From: Torpedo marmorata
Taxonomy: Eukaryota
Direction of reading: 5' to 3'
Assembly (NCBI GenBank): GCA_977017645.1
Contig: OZ360225.1
Location: 111,600,001-111,664,000, forward strand
Length of the DNA: 64,000 bases
The position numbers and the translations under genes were made by a program. A model generated the notes under the pieces. The model had not been told where the DNA came from. It made no database searches and was given only the letters and a program-made list of their open reading frames with translations. Position 1 is the first letter of the stretch; the number at the start of each line of letters is the position of its first letter. This document shows, piece after piece, positions 48,738 to 62,082 of the stretch.

Positions 48738-51058
48738 TTTTACCTTCCCCACCTTGTCTGTACAATCATCCAATCTAGGTATAGGATAAGCATCTGTCTT
48801 TGTCACAGCATTTACCTTCCTATAGTCAGTGCAAAACTTAACAGTTCCATCTGGCTTAGGCACTAAAGCACAAGGTGAACTCCAATTTGAAGTAGACTTT
48901 CTAATGATACCATTCTTCAACATGTAGTCAATTTCTTCATCTACTCGTCTGCACTTTTCCATATTCATCCAATAGGGATGCTGTTTAATAGGTCTAGCAT
49001 CACCTACATCAACATCATGATAAGCTATGGAAATTCTCTGAGGTACATCTGGAAATAAATTCTCAAATTTTAAAAGTAACTGTCTCATTTTTTTCCTTTT
49101 TGAAGTTTGGAGATGAGCCAACTTTGTTTCCAGGTCCTGCAAAACCATGGAATTTTCCAACCTTGGGCTTATCAATATTTGTGCCCCATGACCTTCTCTG
49201 AAACTTGTTTTATTTGTCTCCTCATTATCCTAGTCGTTAACCATAAGCTCTGGTGAAAGTTTAGTCACACTGTGAGGCACCTGCACAAAATATGGCTTAA
49301 TCATATTTACATGACAGACCTGAGTATCTCGTCTGCGATTAGGCGTTTCAATAACATAAGTGACCTCATTAACTTTAGACTTAACTTCATATGGTCCTGA
49401 AAACCTAGCCGTAAGAGGATTTGAATGTGTAGGAAATAGAACCAACACTTTGTTACCAGGTTTAAATTTCTCATCTTTGCCTTGCGATCAACCAAACCCT
49501 CATCTTCTGTTGAGTGGCCTTTAAATTCTCCTTTGCCATTTCACAAGCTTTATGCAACTGATCCTTAAATTTAAAGACATAATCCAACAAATTTAAATGC
49601 ACATCAATATTAACCCACTTTTCCTTTAATAACATTAAAGGACCTCTCACCTCATGTCCAAAAAACAACTCGAATGGACTAAAACCAAGTGATTCTTGGA
49701 CAGACTCCCTCACTGCAAATAATAGCAAATGAACCCCTTCATCCCAATCCTTTTCATTCTCAAATCAATACGTTCTCATCATGTTTTTCAGGGTCGAATG
49801 GAACCTCTCCAAGGCCCCTTGACTCTCTGGATGGTATGCAAAAGATACAATCTGCTTAAATCTCAATTCATAAACCACTTGTTGGAATAAGCCTGACATA
49901 AAAATACTCTCTTGATCTGACTGAATATCGATAGGCAGGCCAACCAAGGTGAAAACCTTTAACAAAGCCTTCACAATTGCCTTTGCTTTAATGTTTCTCA
50001 GAGGAATGGCCTCCGGAATCCTTGTGGCTGCACACATAAATGTCAACAAATACTGATTCCCAGTTTTGGGCAATGGGCCAACACAGTCCACAATCACTTT
50101 CGAGAAAGGCTCACCGAAAGCAGGGATAGGTTGTAAGGGTGCCACCGGGGGACCCTGATTAGGTTTACCCACCACCTGACAAGTGTGACAGGCCCAGCAA
50201 AAGCTTACAACATCCTTTCTTAAACTAGGCCAATAAAATTGTTTTATTGTCTTATCCATAGTTTTCTTTAACCTAAGGTGACCACCGAAGGGTGTGCTAT
50301 GAGCCAAAGTTATAATTTCATCCCTATAGGGTTTAGGGATCACAACTTGCTGCACTACTGCCCAATCTTCACTGGCAAGAACATCATATGGTCTCCACTT
50401 CCTCATCAATACTCTATCTTTGACATAATAACCCACATGCACTTTCTTAATCTCCTCGTCAGAGAGAGCCTTATCTCTCACCTCAGCAATATCAGGATCC
50501 TCATTTTCCCTTGCTATCAACTCTTGCCTGGATTGTGACAAACCTGTACCCTTAGGTTTACTATCAGTGCTTGGGTCTAATAAAGAAGATTGCTCAACCT
50601 TTACCAGGTCTTTTCCACCTGAATGCTGTTTTTGATTATCACAGATTTTATTTTCCATTAAATCATTTTTCACAGCCTTATCTGCATTGACTTTTTTTTT
50701 TTAGACATTGCCCTTATTATAGCACAAGTTGGGTAAATATTAGAGACCCTCTCTGACTCATCAATGACTGGCATATCTGTCATTCACACTGCAGGAACGA
50801 CCTTACCCTCTGCCAAGTCATTGCCTAGCAACTCCATCCACTGGCAAATTTGACCTCACTCCTATTGTAATAGGTCCATGAACCAAGGCTGATTTTAACA
50901 CTATTCTGTGCAAAGGAATGGGCTCAGTATCACCCCCGATACCTCTAATCAAATTTATTTCGCCGGTGTCAGTTTCTTCACCAAATTCCAAAACACTGTC
51001 TAACACAAGTGTCTGAGCAGCCCCAGTATCTCATAAGATTTTCACTGGCACTTGTTTT
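48738..51058 (-). mobile_element. Gmr1-type Gypsy LTR retrotransposon, copy A, 3' segment (protease end, integrase, RT start); disrupted
   Basis: Integrase H-STPFGGH...CHTC, VDCVG, SDQ, LERF and GPY motifs are followed by RT-start IIRKSTSNWSSPCALVPKPDGTVKFCTDYRKVN. IN precedes RT. Confidence 0.92.
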
Positions 51059-54000
51059 CTTTCTTTTTTAAATCTCTTTATTAATTCCATAAAATCATGG
51101 ATATAACAGTTCATTCACTATATACATTTACAAAGAAAAAGCAAAGAAAAGCATTATCACATGTTCCATTAATCCATCTGTAACAGAGTATACATTACAG
51201 ATATATATCAAATTTTTTTTCTTTACAGTTTAGTATTATAATACCAATAGGTATAAAAAGAACCAAACCACAAAAAAAGATAACATAGTAATTTCATCGT
51301 AATACATTTTTTAAATAAAAGCTAAAGCAATCTAAACTAGCCTACCACCTACCCCCACACCAGAATTGCATGGACTTGTAGAGATAATATAACTTCAAAT
51401 CATGACGAATCATAAACTCTGATAATATTCCATAAAGGAACCCCAAATATTAGTAGATTTTAGGTTTAATTTAATATTTGAACATCTAATTTTTTCTAAT
51501 GTTAAATAGGACATTAACTTGATAGCCAATCTTCATATATAGGAAGATTATCATCCTTCCATTTTATCAAGATCTGTCGCCTTGCAACCAGAGAAGAAAA
51601 AGCAATCACATGTTTTTGATTATTAGTAAGATCATGATTACTAGGATCATTTATACCAAATATTGCTATAAATGGATTTGGATCTAATAAACCAAAGAAA
51701 GAGTGCAAAAAAGTTTGTTCCAAAATCTAACTAACTTAGGGCACAACCAAAACATGTGAAATAATGTACCTTCATGAACATTACATCTATCACACATAGA
51801 TGACATATTTGTTGAAAATTTAGCCAGTAAAGATTTTGAGTAATGAGCTCTGTGAACTACTTTGAATTGAATTAAATTATGTCTTGCACATAATGAAGAG
51901 GTATGTATATGCTCCAAAATATTGGACCACACTGAAGGTGAAAAAACTTCTAAAAAATCTTTCCCAAGCCTCCTTTATTTTATCCACATGCTGTATCACA
52001 TTTTATTTTAAAAGGTTATAAAATACTGGCAATGGTTTAGGTATATCAGGAGTGATAGTAAAAACCTTTTCTATGATTACTAACTTTAAATCTCAAGGAA
52101 ACTCCAATCTCAAAGAATTTATAAAGTTCCTCACTTGAAAGTATCTAAAATAATTGTTTCGAGATAAGTTATACTTATAAACCATTTGTTCAAAAGTAAT
52201 AAAATTAGAGTCTATAAACAAGTCTTTAAATGAACATACACCGTGGTCTTGCCAAATCTGGAACCCTCTATCCCCACCACCTGGGGTAAAAAAGGTATTG
52301 AGATTTATTGTACTATCAAGCAAGAAATTAAGGAAATTATTTGCTTTTCTGAATTGAAACTATATTTTTAACATTTGTTTAACTATCTTGTTATTAGAAA
52401 AGTTGGAATATATAAAGGGTGAAGGCATTCCTAATATAGATACTAACAAATGTTTACCTATAACCTTCATTTCTGATTTCATCCATTTAAACCTTTCTTC
52501 ATAATTCATAAAATGTATCCAAATATTAATAAATCTAATGTTAGCAGCCCAATAATAATTCCTGAAGTTAGGTAAAGCTAAACCACCCTGTGGTTTATCA
52601 TTTTGTAGTACTTCCTTTCTTACTCTTGGTCTTTTACCATTCCAAATAAAAGATGAAATTAAAGAGTTTTTAAAAAAATATATTTTATTTAAAATTTTTA
52701 AATCACGAAATACATAAAATAAAATATACAGTTATGAAATTATTTGTGATACATTTTCACCCCCCCCTCCCTCCCCTCCCCAACCCTCCCAACCCCACTA
52801 ATCTAATAAAAATATAAAATAAAAATAGAAAAAGAAGAAAGAAAAAGAAAGAGAAAAATAGAGTTAGGGGAATGCCAATCTATAAACTACTTCTATTATG
52901 GAGGTCAAGTATGCCAGTAGACCCAATACCCAGAGATCCTCAAATTCTTAAGCCAACAGCTCTCATATATGGGCTCCAAATTTTAAAGAAAAAAATGATA
53001 TTTATTACGTAGATTATAAGTAATTATTTCAAGTGGTATACATGAACGAAGTTCTGCATGCCATCTTTCTAATCCTAAATCTCAATCAGATTTCCAAGTA
53101 ATAGCAATGCATTTCTTTGAAACAGCTAAAGCAACTCGCAAAAATTCTATTTGATACATATTTAATTTCATCTTAATACCACATTTTCTAATATCTCCAA
53201 ACAGAAATATCATAGGGTCCATTGGAAACGTAATTTTAAATACTTTATCTAAGAAACTTTTAACTTTCAACCAAAAATCATAAACCTTTGGACAAAACCA
53301 TGTACAATGTACAAAAGATCCTTCTTCCTTATTACATCTAAAACATAAACCTGATAATGTCGGATTAAATTTCTTTAATTTTTTAGGTGTTAAATATAAT
53401 TGATGAAAAAAATTGTATTGAACTAATCTATATCTAACATTAATAATCTTTGTCATACTTAATTTAGATAATTCTTTTCAATGATTTTCATCTATTCTTA
53501 CATTGAGGTCTAATTCCCATTTTAATCTTGATTTGTGCATTCCTACTTTAGGCAATTCCCTCTGAAACAATTTATACATTTGAGAAATAAATTTATTAAC
53601 ATCTCTTTTAGTAACTAATAATTCTAATTCATTTTGTCTTGGCAAAATCAAAGCATTACCTAATTTCTCAATCAAAAAAGCTCTAATTTGATAATAAGCA
53701 AAAAGTGTGTTATCTAATATATTAAATTTATCTTTCATTCTTTGAAAAGTAATAAATTTTCCCGCTTCAAAACAATCATTAATTTTCTTAATTCCTTTTT
53801 GAAACCACATTTTAAATAATTGATTATTAACAGTAAATGGAATAAGTCCATTTTGATATAAAGGCATCCTTGAAGAAATCAATCCTTTTGCTCCTATTTC
53901 CTTATCTGTCTTATACCATATTTCTAACAAATGTTTAAAAATAGGCGAATTTTTCTTTTCTGTTGATATTAATTTAGAATCCCATTTGTAAATAATTTAT

Positions 54001-57000
54001 TCTTTGGAATCTTCTCCTATATTATTTAATTCTATTTTAATCCAAGCAGAAGATTTAGTTAAATCCAAAAATTCATTAACAAATTTTAATTGAGCTGCTT
54101 TATAATAATTTTGGAAATTAGGAAGTTGTAAACCACCCATTTCATAATTCCAAGTTAATTTTTCCATACCTACTCTTGCTAGCTTTCCTTTCCATAAAAA
54201 TGTTCTAATAATTGAATTTAAATCTTTAAAAACTTTGAGGAATTCCATAAGGAATTGATTGAAAAAGATATTGAATTCTTGGAAAAACATTCATTTTAAT
54301 ACAGTTTACTCTTCCCATTAAAGTTATAGGTAAATTTTTCCAATTTTCTAAATCTTTCTTTATTTTCACAAATAATGGTAAATAATTTAATTTCTATAAA
54401 TTAGTCAAATTTGTATCAACCTTTATTGCCAAATATTTAATTCCTTCCTTAGCCCACTTAAATTGTGTAATTTCCTTACATCTACTATAATCCCCTTGTG
54501 ATAATGCCATAATTTCACTTTTATCAGAATTAATCTTATATCCAGATATTTCCCCATATTCTCTCAATAACAAAGACAATTGTACTAAGGATGTAGTAGA
54601 TTTCGTCATATATATCAATACATCATCTGCAAACAAGCTAATTTTATGTTCTTCCATTCCAACCTTAATACCAACTATTTTAGGATCTTTTCTAACTAAT
54701 TCTGCCAAGGGTTCTATCGCCAAAATAAATAATGCTGGTGACAAAGGACATCCTTGTCTAGTAGATCGAGTCAAAGGAAATTTTGAAGAAGTTTGTCCAT
54801 TTGTAACTACCTTAGCTGATGGTTCTTTATATATAGTTTTAATCCAGTTAATAAATGTATTTCCAAAACCAAATTTCTCCAATACCTTAAATAAAAAATT
54901 CCACTCTAATCTATCAAAAGCCTTTTCAGAATCTAAAGTTAAAACTAATGGTAAGTCTTCCTTCTTTTTATGTAAATTAATTAAACTAATCAATCTAGCT
55001 ATATTATCTTTTGAATATCTATTTTTAATAAAACCAGCTTGATCAACATGAATTAAATCTGGTAAATAATTAGCCATTCTATTTGCTAAAATCTTTGCCA
55101 TTATCTTATAATCTACATTTAATAATGAAATAGGTCTATAAGATTCAGTTTTACAATACGTCTCTATCTTTCTTTGGTATAACTGTAATTATTGCATTTA
55201 AAAAAGTATCTGGTAAAGAATGAGTTTCCGTAATTTGATTCAATACGTCCATATATGGAGGTATTAACAAATCTTTAAATTCTTTATAAAATTCTGATGG
55301 AAACCCATCATCACCTGGAGACTTACCACTCTTTAGCGAAGTAAGAACTTCATTAACTTCCCTCATTGAAAAAGGTAGATCTAAAGATTCTCTACTTTGA
55401 GTATTCAATTTAGGTAGTCTAATTTTAGATAAGAATGTAGTAATTTTAGAGTCATCTTGATCAAACTGCGATCTATCTAAATTCAAATAATAATCTTTAA
55501 AAAATCATTTATTTCTCGAGATTTATAGGTTATTTCTCTAGAATTCTTTTTCTTTATAGCATTTATAGTTCTAGAAGCTTGTTCTTTTTTTAATTGCCAT
55601 GCCAAAACTTTATGAGCTCTTTCCCCTAATTCATAATATCTTTGTTTAGTTTTTTCAATTAATTTTTCCATTCTATATGTTTGTAATAGATTATAATGTA
55701 ATTTCTTCCCAATTAAACGATTCCTTTTTTGAATTGATCTATTTTTTTGTAAATCTTTTTCCAAACATTCGATCTCCTTTTCTAATTTTTCTACTTCCCT
55801 AAGATAGTCTTTCTTAATTTTTGCTGAATAGCTTATTATTTGACCTCTTAAATAAGCTTTTAACGCTTCCCAAATAATAAATTTATTATCAGTGGAATTA
55901 GAATTTATTTGTAAAAATTCCTGAATTTCCCTTCTCATATAATCACAAAAATCTTTTCTTTTTAATAAAGAAGAATGAAATCTCCAGCTATATACAGTGT
56001 TTTCTTTTTCCAGAATTATACAAGATATTAATAAAGGTGAATGATCAGAAATAATTCTCGCTTTATACGATGCTTGCGTTATTCTATCTTGAACCTGTGA
56101 AGACAATTTAAAAAAATCTATCCTTGAATATGAATCATGCCTGAAAGAATAAAAGGAATAATCTTTTTCTCTCGGTTTCAATTTCCTCCAAATATCTACC
56201 AAATTTAAATCTTCCATCAAAAAAAGAACTCTTTTAGCAATCTTAGTTTTAGCAAATGATCTTGGTTTTATCCATTATCGGATCTAGACAACAATTAAAG
56301 TCTCCCCCAATCAAAATATTCTCATTAGCTTCTGACAAGTACAAAAAAGAATCTTGAATAAATTGTTCATCATCTGGATTTGACACATACAAGTTCATAA
56401 GTGTCCAAAATGCTGAGTAAATCTGACAATGAATCAAGACATATCTACCTGCCACATCTATAACTACTGAATGTATCTTAAAAGGTAGCTTTTTGTTAAT
56501 TAATATAGCTACTCCTCTTGCTTTAGAATTAAATGAAGAAGCCACCACTTGACCAACCCACTCTCTTTTTAACTTTTGATATTCAGAATCTATCAAATGT
56601 GTCTCCTGTAAAAAAGCTATATCCACATTCAACTTTTTAATATATGCTAAAATTCTTTTTCTTTTAATCGGGTTATTAAGCCCATTTATATTAATAGTTA
56701 CTACATTTATTTTCTTACTATCCATCATGACTAAATTTTATCAAATCTCTTTCGATCAAGTCCACTAGCTTTTTCCTCCAAAATTGTAAACTACTTGGCA
56801 TCCCCTTAAAGAAAGCAAAGAAAAATAAAAAAGAAAGGAAAAGAAAAAACCCCGATGAATAAAATACTGGTACAGTTGCTCCAGTACTACCCCCCTCCAT
56901 TATTAAAGAGTTTATTTGATCAAAAAATACTTTAGGGAGAAATAGGGGAAGTGCTTGGAATACATACAAAAAATTAGGTTAAATATTCATTTTTATAATG

Positions 57001-57044
57001 TTTATATGACCAACTAGTGACATCATTAACGGAGACCACTCTTT
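51059..57044 (-). mobile_element. L1-clade LINE (outer, 5'-truncated; own sequence 51059-52669 and 56902-57044) inserted in the Gypsy protease
   Basis: YVFQALPLFLPKVFFDQINSLI (56969 down) continues as SSFIWNGKRPRV..GGLALPNFRNYYWAA (52657 down). It has the CDRC...HMFWLC zinc finger, AATAAA and an A-rich tail at 51059-51082, and 65-bp flanking duplications. Confidence 0.9.
52670..56901 (-). mobile_element. L1-clade LINE (inner), complete but frameshifted ORF2, ORF1 absent
   Basis: EN: ININGLNNPIKRKRIL..FLQETH..IGGDFN..SRIDFF..SDHSP. RT: KSPGDDG, LDSEKAFDRLEW, RQGCPLSP, LFADD. Also CFRC...HCTWFC, a G-rich 3' UTR, and 12-bp TSD ATTAAAGAGTTT at 52658-52669 and 56902-56913. Confidence 0.95.
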
Positions 57045-58123
57045 CACTGTCTAATACAAGTAACTGAGCAGCCCCAGTATCTCGCAAGATTTTCACTGGC
57101 ACTTGTTTTAACCCTTCTTTAACTGAAACCAAACCCTCAGTCACAAAAGGTTTGAATACATCCCTAATTTTATCAGTAAATTTGGATCCTTCTTGGTTTT
57201 TATACCTCTTCTCACTTTGAATACAAGCATTCGGTGCTCCCTCTTCTTCTCTTATTTTTCAGCATAGGACAACTTGCTATCACGTGACCAGCCTTCTTAC
57301 AGTAGTAGCAAAGGGGACCTGAAGGTTTTTCCTTTACCAACTTCCATTCATCTTTACCCCTAATACTACTTTCAAATTTACTTTCCACCTTACTTGGATT
57401 ATCCACAGTGCACTTTTGAAACATTTTGCCTGACATCCACTTAGGCAAAGTATATTCATCTGCTAACTTAGCTGACTCCTGCCAAGTTTTCAACTCCTTC
57501 TCATCCAAGTATGCTTTAATATCATCAGGAACACAACTTTTAATCTCCTCAATAATTAGCAATTCTCTCAATCAATTATAATCATTGTTTACAGTCTTCG
57601 ATATGCACCACCGGTCAAAACACACAACCTTTTCATAAGCAAAATCTGTATAACATTGTGTTGTTGATTTTTTTAAAAATTCCTCAACATCTGTCCGTAA
57701 GACTCTGGAACTAACTCATAAGCCTGGAGTATAGCTTTATTTCACAATTTCATAATTAGCAGCTTGATCTGTGGTAAGGGCAGAATAAGCTTGTTGAGCT
57801 TTCCCTTTAATTACACTTTGTAACATAAGAGACCATTGGTTTTGTGGCCAATTTAAATTCACAGCCACTTTTTCAAAATGCTGAAAATATTTATCTATCT
57901 CAACTTCCTCAAATGGAGGAACCAACCTAACTTCTCTACTGGCCATAACCCCCTCACCATGACCAAGAATTTGATCTCGGGTCTCTTCTTTTCTCCTGTC
58001 ATTTTCCACTCTAATCTTTTCCAGCTCATGTAGCCTAATTTTCTCCTCTGCCTCTAGTTCTAATATCCTCAGTTCCATTTCCAATCTCTTTTGTCTTTCG
58101 ACTGCCTCCAATTCTAATCCCTT
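57045..58123 (-). mobile_element. Gmr1-type Gypsy copy A, 5' segment (gag with SCAN-like domain and CCHC knuckle; protease active site)
   Basis: VPPFEEVEIDKYFQHFEKVA..WP..QWSLMLQ, RELLIIEEIKSCVPDDIKAYLDEKELKTWQESAKLADEY (SCAN-like), CYYCKKAGHVIASC, and QVPVKILRDTGAAQ at ~57063-57104. Confidence 0.9.
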
Positions 58124-58592
58124 CTGTTTGTTAAATTAGCTTTAGCAGTAGCGAGGAAATGTATTGCTGTGACTTGGAAATCCGATACATCCTTGGATAT
58201 ACAAAGGTGGCATGCTGAAATTCAAAGTTGTATTCCTTTAGAAAAAAATTACTAATAACTTGAGGAATAAATATTCTATGTTTTTGCAAATATGGTGCCC
58301 GTATACCCAAGTAATGAGAATAAATTTGTAAAGATGTTTAAACACCTACAGAACTGCGAGATCATCCTCTAAATGTATCTATATGATATTTTGAGATATG
58401 TCACAAGTGGTGCTCCTCTATGCAATCCAAAAATTTCTTTCTTCTTTTTCTCTATTTTCTTTTTTTTTTATACATAGATATTTGTGATATAAATGCATAT
58501 TTTGTAGGGGGGTTGGGGGGGGGGAGGGGGAGAAGGGATGGGGTAAAATTGTATTATTAAAAAATTTAAATAAAATATTTAACAAAAAAAAA
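58124..58592 (+). mobile_element. L1-clade 3' fragment at the junction of the two inverted Gypsy copies
   Basis: KLALAVARKCIAVTWKSD..RWHAEIQSCIPLEK is similar to the inner L1 C-terminus. G-rich UTR 58507-58543, AATAAA 58569-58574, poly(A) 58584-58592. Confidence 0.88.
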
Positions 58593-61500
58593 GATGGAGT
58601 ATTGATGAGGAAGTGGAGACCACATGATGTTCCTGCCAGTGAAGATTCGGAAGTAGTGCAGCAGGTTGTGATTGCTAAACCCCATAGGGATGAAATTATA
58701 ACTTTGGCTCATAGCACACCCTTCGGTGGTCACCTTGGGGTGAAGAAAACCATGGCTAAGACAATGAAACAATTTTATTGGCCTAGTTTAAGAAAGGATG
58801 TTGTAAGCTTTTACCTGGCCTGTCACACTTGTCCGGTGGTGGGTAAACCTAATCAGGGTCCCCCGGTGGCACCCTTACATCCTATCCCTGCTTTTGGTGA
58901 GCTTTTCTCGAAAGTGATTGTGGACTGTGTTGGCCCATTGCCCAAAACCAAAGCTGGGAATCAGTATTTGTTGACAATTATGTGGGCAGCCACAAGGTTT
59001 CTGGAGGCCATTCCTCTGAGAAACATTAAAGCAAAGGCAATTGTGAAGGCTTTGTTAAAGCGTTTCACCTTGGTTGGCCTGCCTAGAGAAATTCAGTCAG
59101 ATCAAGGGAGTAATTTTATTTCAGGCTTATTCCAACAAGTGGTTTATGAATTGAGATTTAAGCAGATTGTATCTTCTGCATACCATCCAGAGAGTCAAGG
59201 GGCCTTGGAGAGGTTCCATTCGACCCTGAAAAACATGATGAGAACTTATTGTTTTGAGGATGAAAAGGATTGGGATGAAGGGGTTCATTTGCTTTTATTT
59301 GCAGTAAGGGAGTCTGTCCAATAATCACTTGGTTTTAGTCCATTCAAGGTTTTTGAACATGAGGTGAGAGGTCCTTTAATGTTATTAAAGGAACAGTGGG
59401 TTAATAATGATGTGCATTTAAATTTGTTGGATTATGTCTTTAAATTTAAGGATCAGTTGCATAAAGCTTGTAAAATGGCAAAGGAGAATTTAAAGGCCAC
59501 TCAACAGAAGATGAGGGTTTGGTTGATCGCAAGGCAAAGTTGAGAAATTTAAAGCTGGTGACAAAGTGTTGGTTCTATTTCCTACACATTCAGAACCTCT
59601 TACGGCTAGGTTTTCAGGACCATATGAAGTTAAGTCTAAAGTTAATGAGGTCACTTATGTTATTGAAATGCCTAATCGCAGACGAGATACTCAGGTCTGT
59701 CATGTAAATATGATTAAGCCATATTTTGAGCAGGTGCCTCACAGTGAGACTAAACTTTCACCAGAGCTGATGGTTATCGACCAGGATAATGAGACGACAA
59801 ATAAAACAAGTTTCAGAGAAGGTCATGGGACACAAAAATTGATAAGCCCGAGGTTGGAAAATTCCATGGTTTTGCAGGACCTGGAAACAAAGTTGGCTCA
59901 TCTCCAAACTTCAGAAGGGAAAAAAATGAGACAGTTACTTTTAAAATTTGAGAATTTATTTCCAGATGTACCTCAGAGGATTTCCATAGCTTATCATGAT
60001 GATGAGGTAGGTGATGCTAGACCTATTAAACAACATCCCTATCGGATGAATATGGAAAAGTGAAGACTAGTAGATCAAGAAATTGACTACATGTTGAAGA
60101 ATGGTATCATTAGAAAGTCTACTTCAAATTGGAGTTCATCTTGTGTTTTAGTGCCTAGGCCATATGGAACTGTTAGGTTTTGCACTGACTATAGGAAGGT
60201 AAATGCTGTGACAAAGACAGATGCTTATCCTATTCCTTGAGTGGATGATTGTATAGACAAGGTGGGGAATGCAAAATTTCTTACTAAAATTGACTTGTTG
60301 AAAGGTTACTGGTGTGTTCCTTTAACAGATAGGGGTAAAGAGTTTTCTGCATTTGTAACACCTTCTGGGCTGTATAAATACAATGTCATGCCCTTTGGAA
60401 TGAAGAATGCTCCGGGGACATTTCAAAGAATGATTAATTCTGTAATTCAGTGGTTGAATCACACAGGTGCTTACATTCATGATTTAGTTATAAGTAGTGA
60501 CACGTGGGAAGAGCATGTCCTTGAGTTAGAAGAATTGTTTAATCGACTTTCAAAAGCAAATCTCACATTTATTTTAAGTAAAAGTGAGTTTAGTCATGCG
60601 ACTGTTACTTATCTGGGTTATGTCGTAGGACAGGGGCAGTTGGCGCCAGTTGAGGCAAAGGTTTTGACTATCTCTGAGTTCCCTGTTCCAATTAGTAAGA
60701 AAACTCTTCGAAGGTTCCTGGGAATGATTGGCTACTATCGCAAGTTTTGTAAAAACTTTGCAGATATTACACTCCCTCTAACAAAACTGCTTAAGAAGGG
60801 AGAAAAATTTGTCTGGTCGAAATGTTGCCGAGAATCATTTGTAAAATTGAAGGCCATTTTATGCCACCAACCTGTGCTTAAGTCACCTGACTTAGAAAAA
60901 ACCATTTTCTTTCGCCATGGATGCCAGTGATTAAGCTATGGGTGCGGTGCTGTTACAGAAGAAGAATGATGATGATATTGACCATCCTGTATCCTACTTC
61001 TCAAAGAAGTTTAATGATCATCAGAAGAATTATTCCAGCATAGAGAAAGAGTTGTTAGCTCTTGTGTTGGCTCTACAACATTTTGATGTTTACATTTGTA
61101 CAGCTCAAAAACCGCTTATGGTGTATACTGATCATAATCAGTATACACCATAAGTTTTTTTTTTGTGTAAAATGAAGAATAAGAATAGACGTTTTGTTAA
61201 ATTGGAGTTTGATTTTACAAGAGTATGATTTGATGATAACACACATTAAGGGAAAGAATAACGTGATTGCTGATTGCCTTTCCAGATGCTAAACTTTGTA
61301 AATGAAATTAGTTACTGTGTGTGCTTGTAGATGAACATAGTGTTTTGCTTTATATTGTGACACATTAATTAATTACTAAAATTTTGTTCATTCAAACCAA
61401 CATTTTCTTTGTGGGTGGGAGGTGTTATGGACCATGGACTGACCTTTTGGACTGTGGACTGTCATCATAAGGATGGAATTCTACTGAGAACTCTGTTTGA

Positions 61501-62082
61501 CTTGTGACATCGTGAGACAATCAACGGAATTTGGAGCGGCGGAGCAGCAATTGGAACGGCAGCAGAATGGCAGTTGGATCAGCAGAGGACAGCTGGTCAG
61601 CTGTGTGAAATGCATATGCCTCATAAGTGAGGAAGGGTTAAAAACCACACTTTGAGAACCAAGAGAATTTATCTGACGAAGTCTGAAAAAGGATTTGTAA
61701 GCTTACTACAATGCAACATCAGTCATTTCTCTCCCCAACGTTCAATACGACGTCCTTTGTTATCAGTTAAAGAACTGAACTTGGACATTGAACTTTGAGA
61801 TTGAATTTTGTGGACTGTGTTTTTGGACTGACTTAATTGACTGACTGACCTGGGGTTTTGGGAATTTTTCCTTTTTAAATATTGGGCACAGACTGTAATG
61901 GTCTCGGTATATTTTTTTACATACTGTTTATAAATATATGATATTCATATATTTGCCATCAATACTTATAAGGGGTTAATTGTGTTAAGACATTATATTA
62001 TTAATAGTCATTAATAAATATAGAGTTAAAATTTAACCCTTTTGAATTGCGTCTTCTGTTGCTGCTGGTTTGAGTTGTAACA
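58590..62082 (+). mobile_element. Gmr1-type Gypsy copy B (integrase, RT, RNase H, PPT, 3' LTR); disrupted and 5'-deleted
   Basis: IN 58602-59700; RT IDLLKGYW..MPFGMKNAPGTFQ..AYIHDL (catalytic YxDD mutated); RNase H NYSSIEKELLA..VYTDH..NVIADCLSR. Order is IN-RT-RH. Confidence 0.95.
61423..62082 (+). repeat. 3' LTR (660 bp) of Gypsy copy B
   Basis: PPT-like GTGGGTGGGAGG at 61411-61422 lies immediately before TGTTA. The LTR ends in TAACA at 62082 (inverted termini) and has AATAAA at 62013-62018. Confidence 0.85.

Noticed and set aside
56718-56969. 83-aa ORF with a hydrophobic segment
   Set aside because: Chimeric frame across the outer-L1/inner-L1 junction. The F-rich part is the T-rich inter-ORF spacer.
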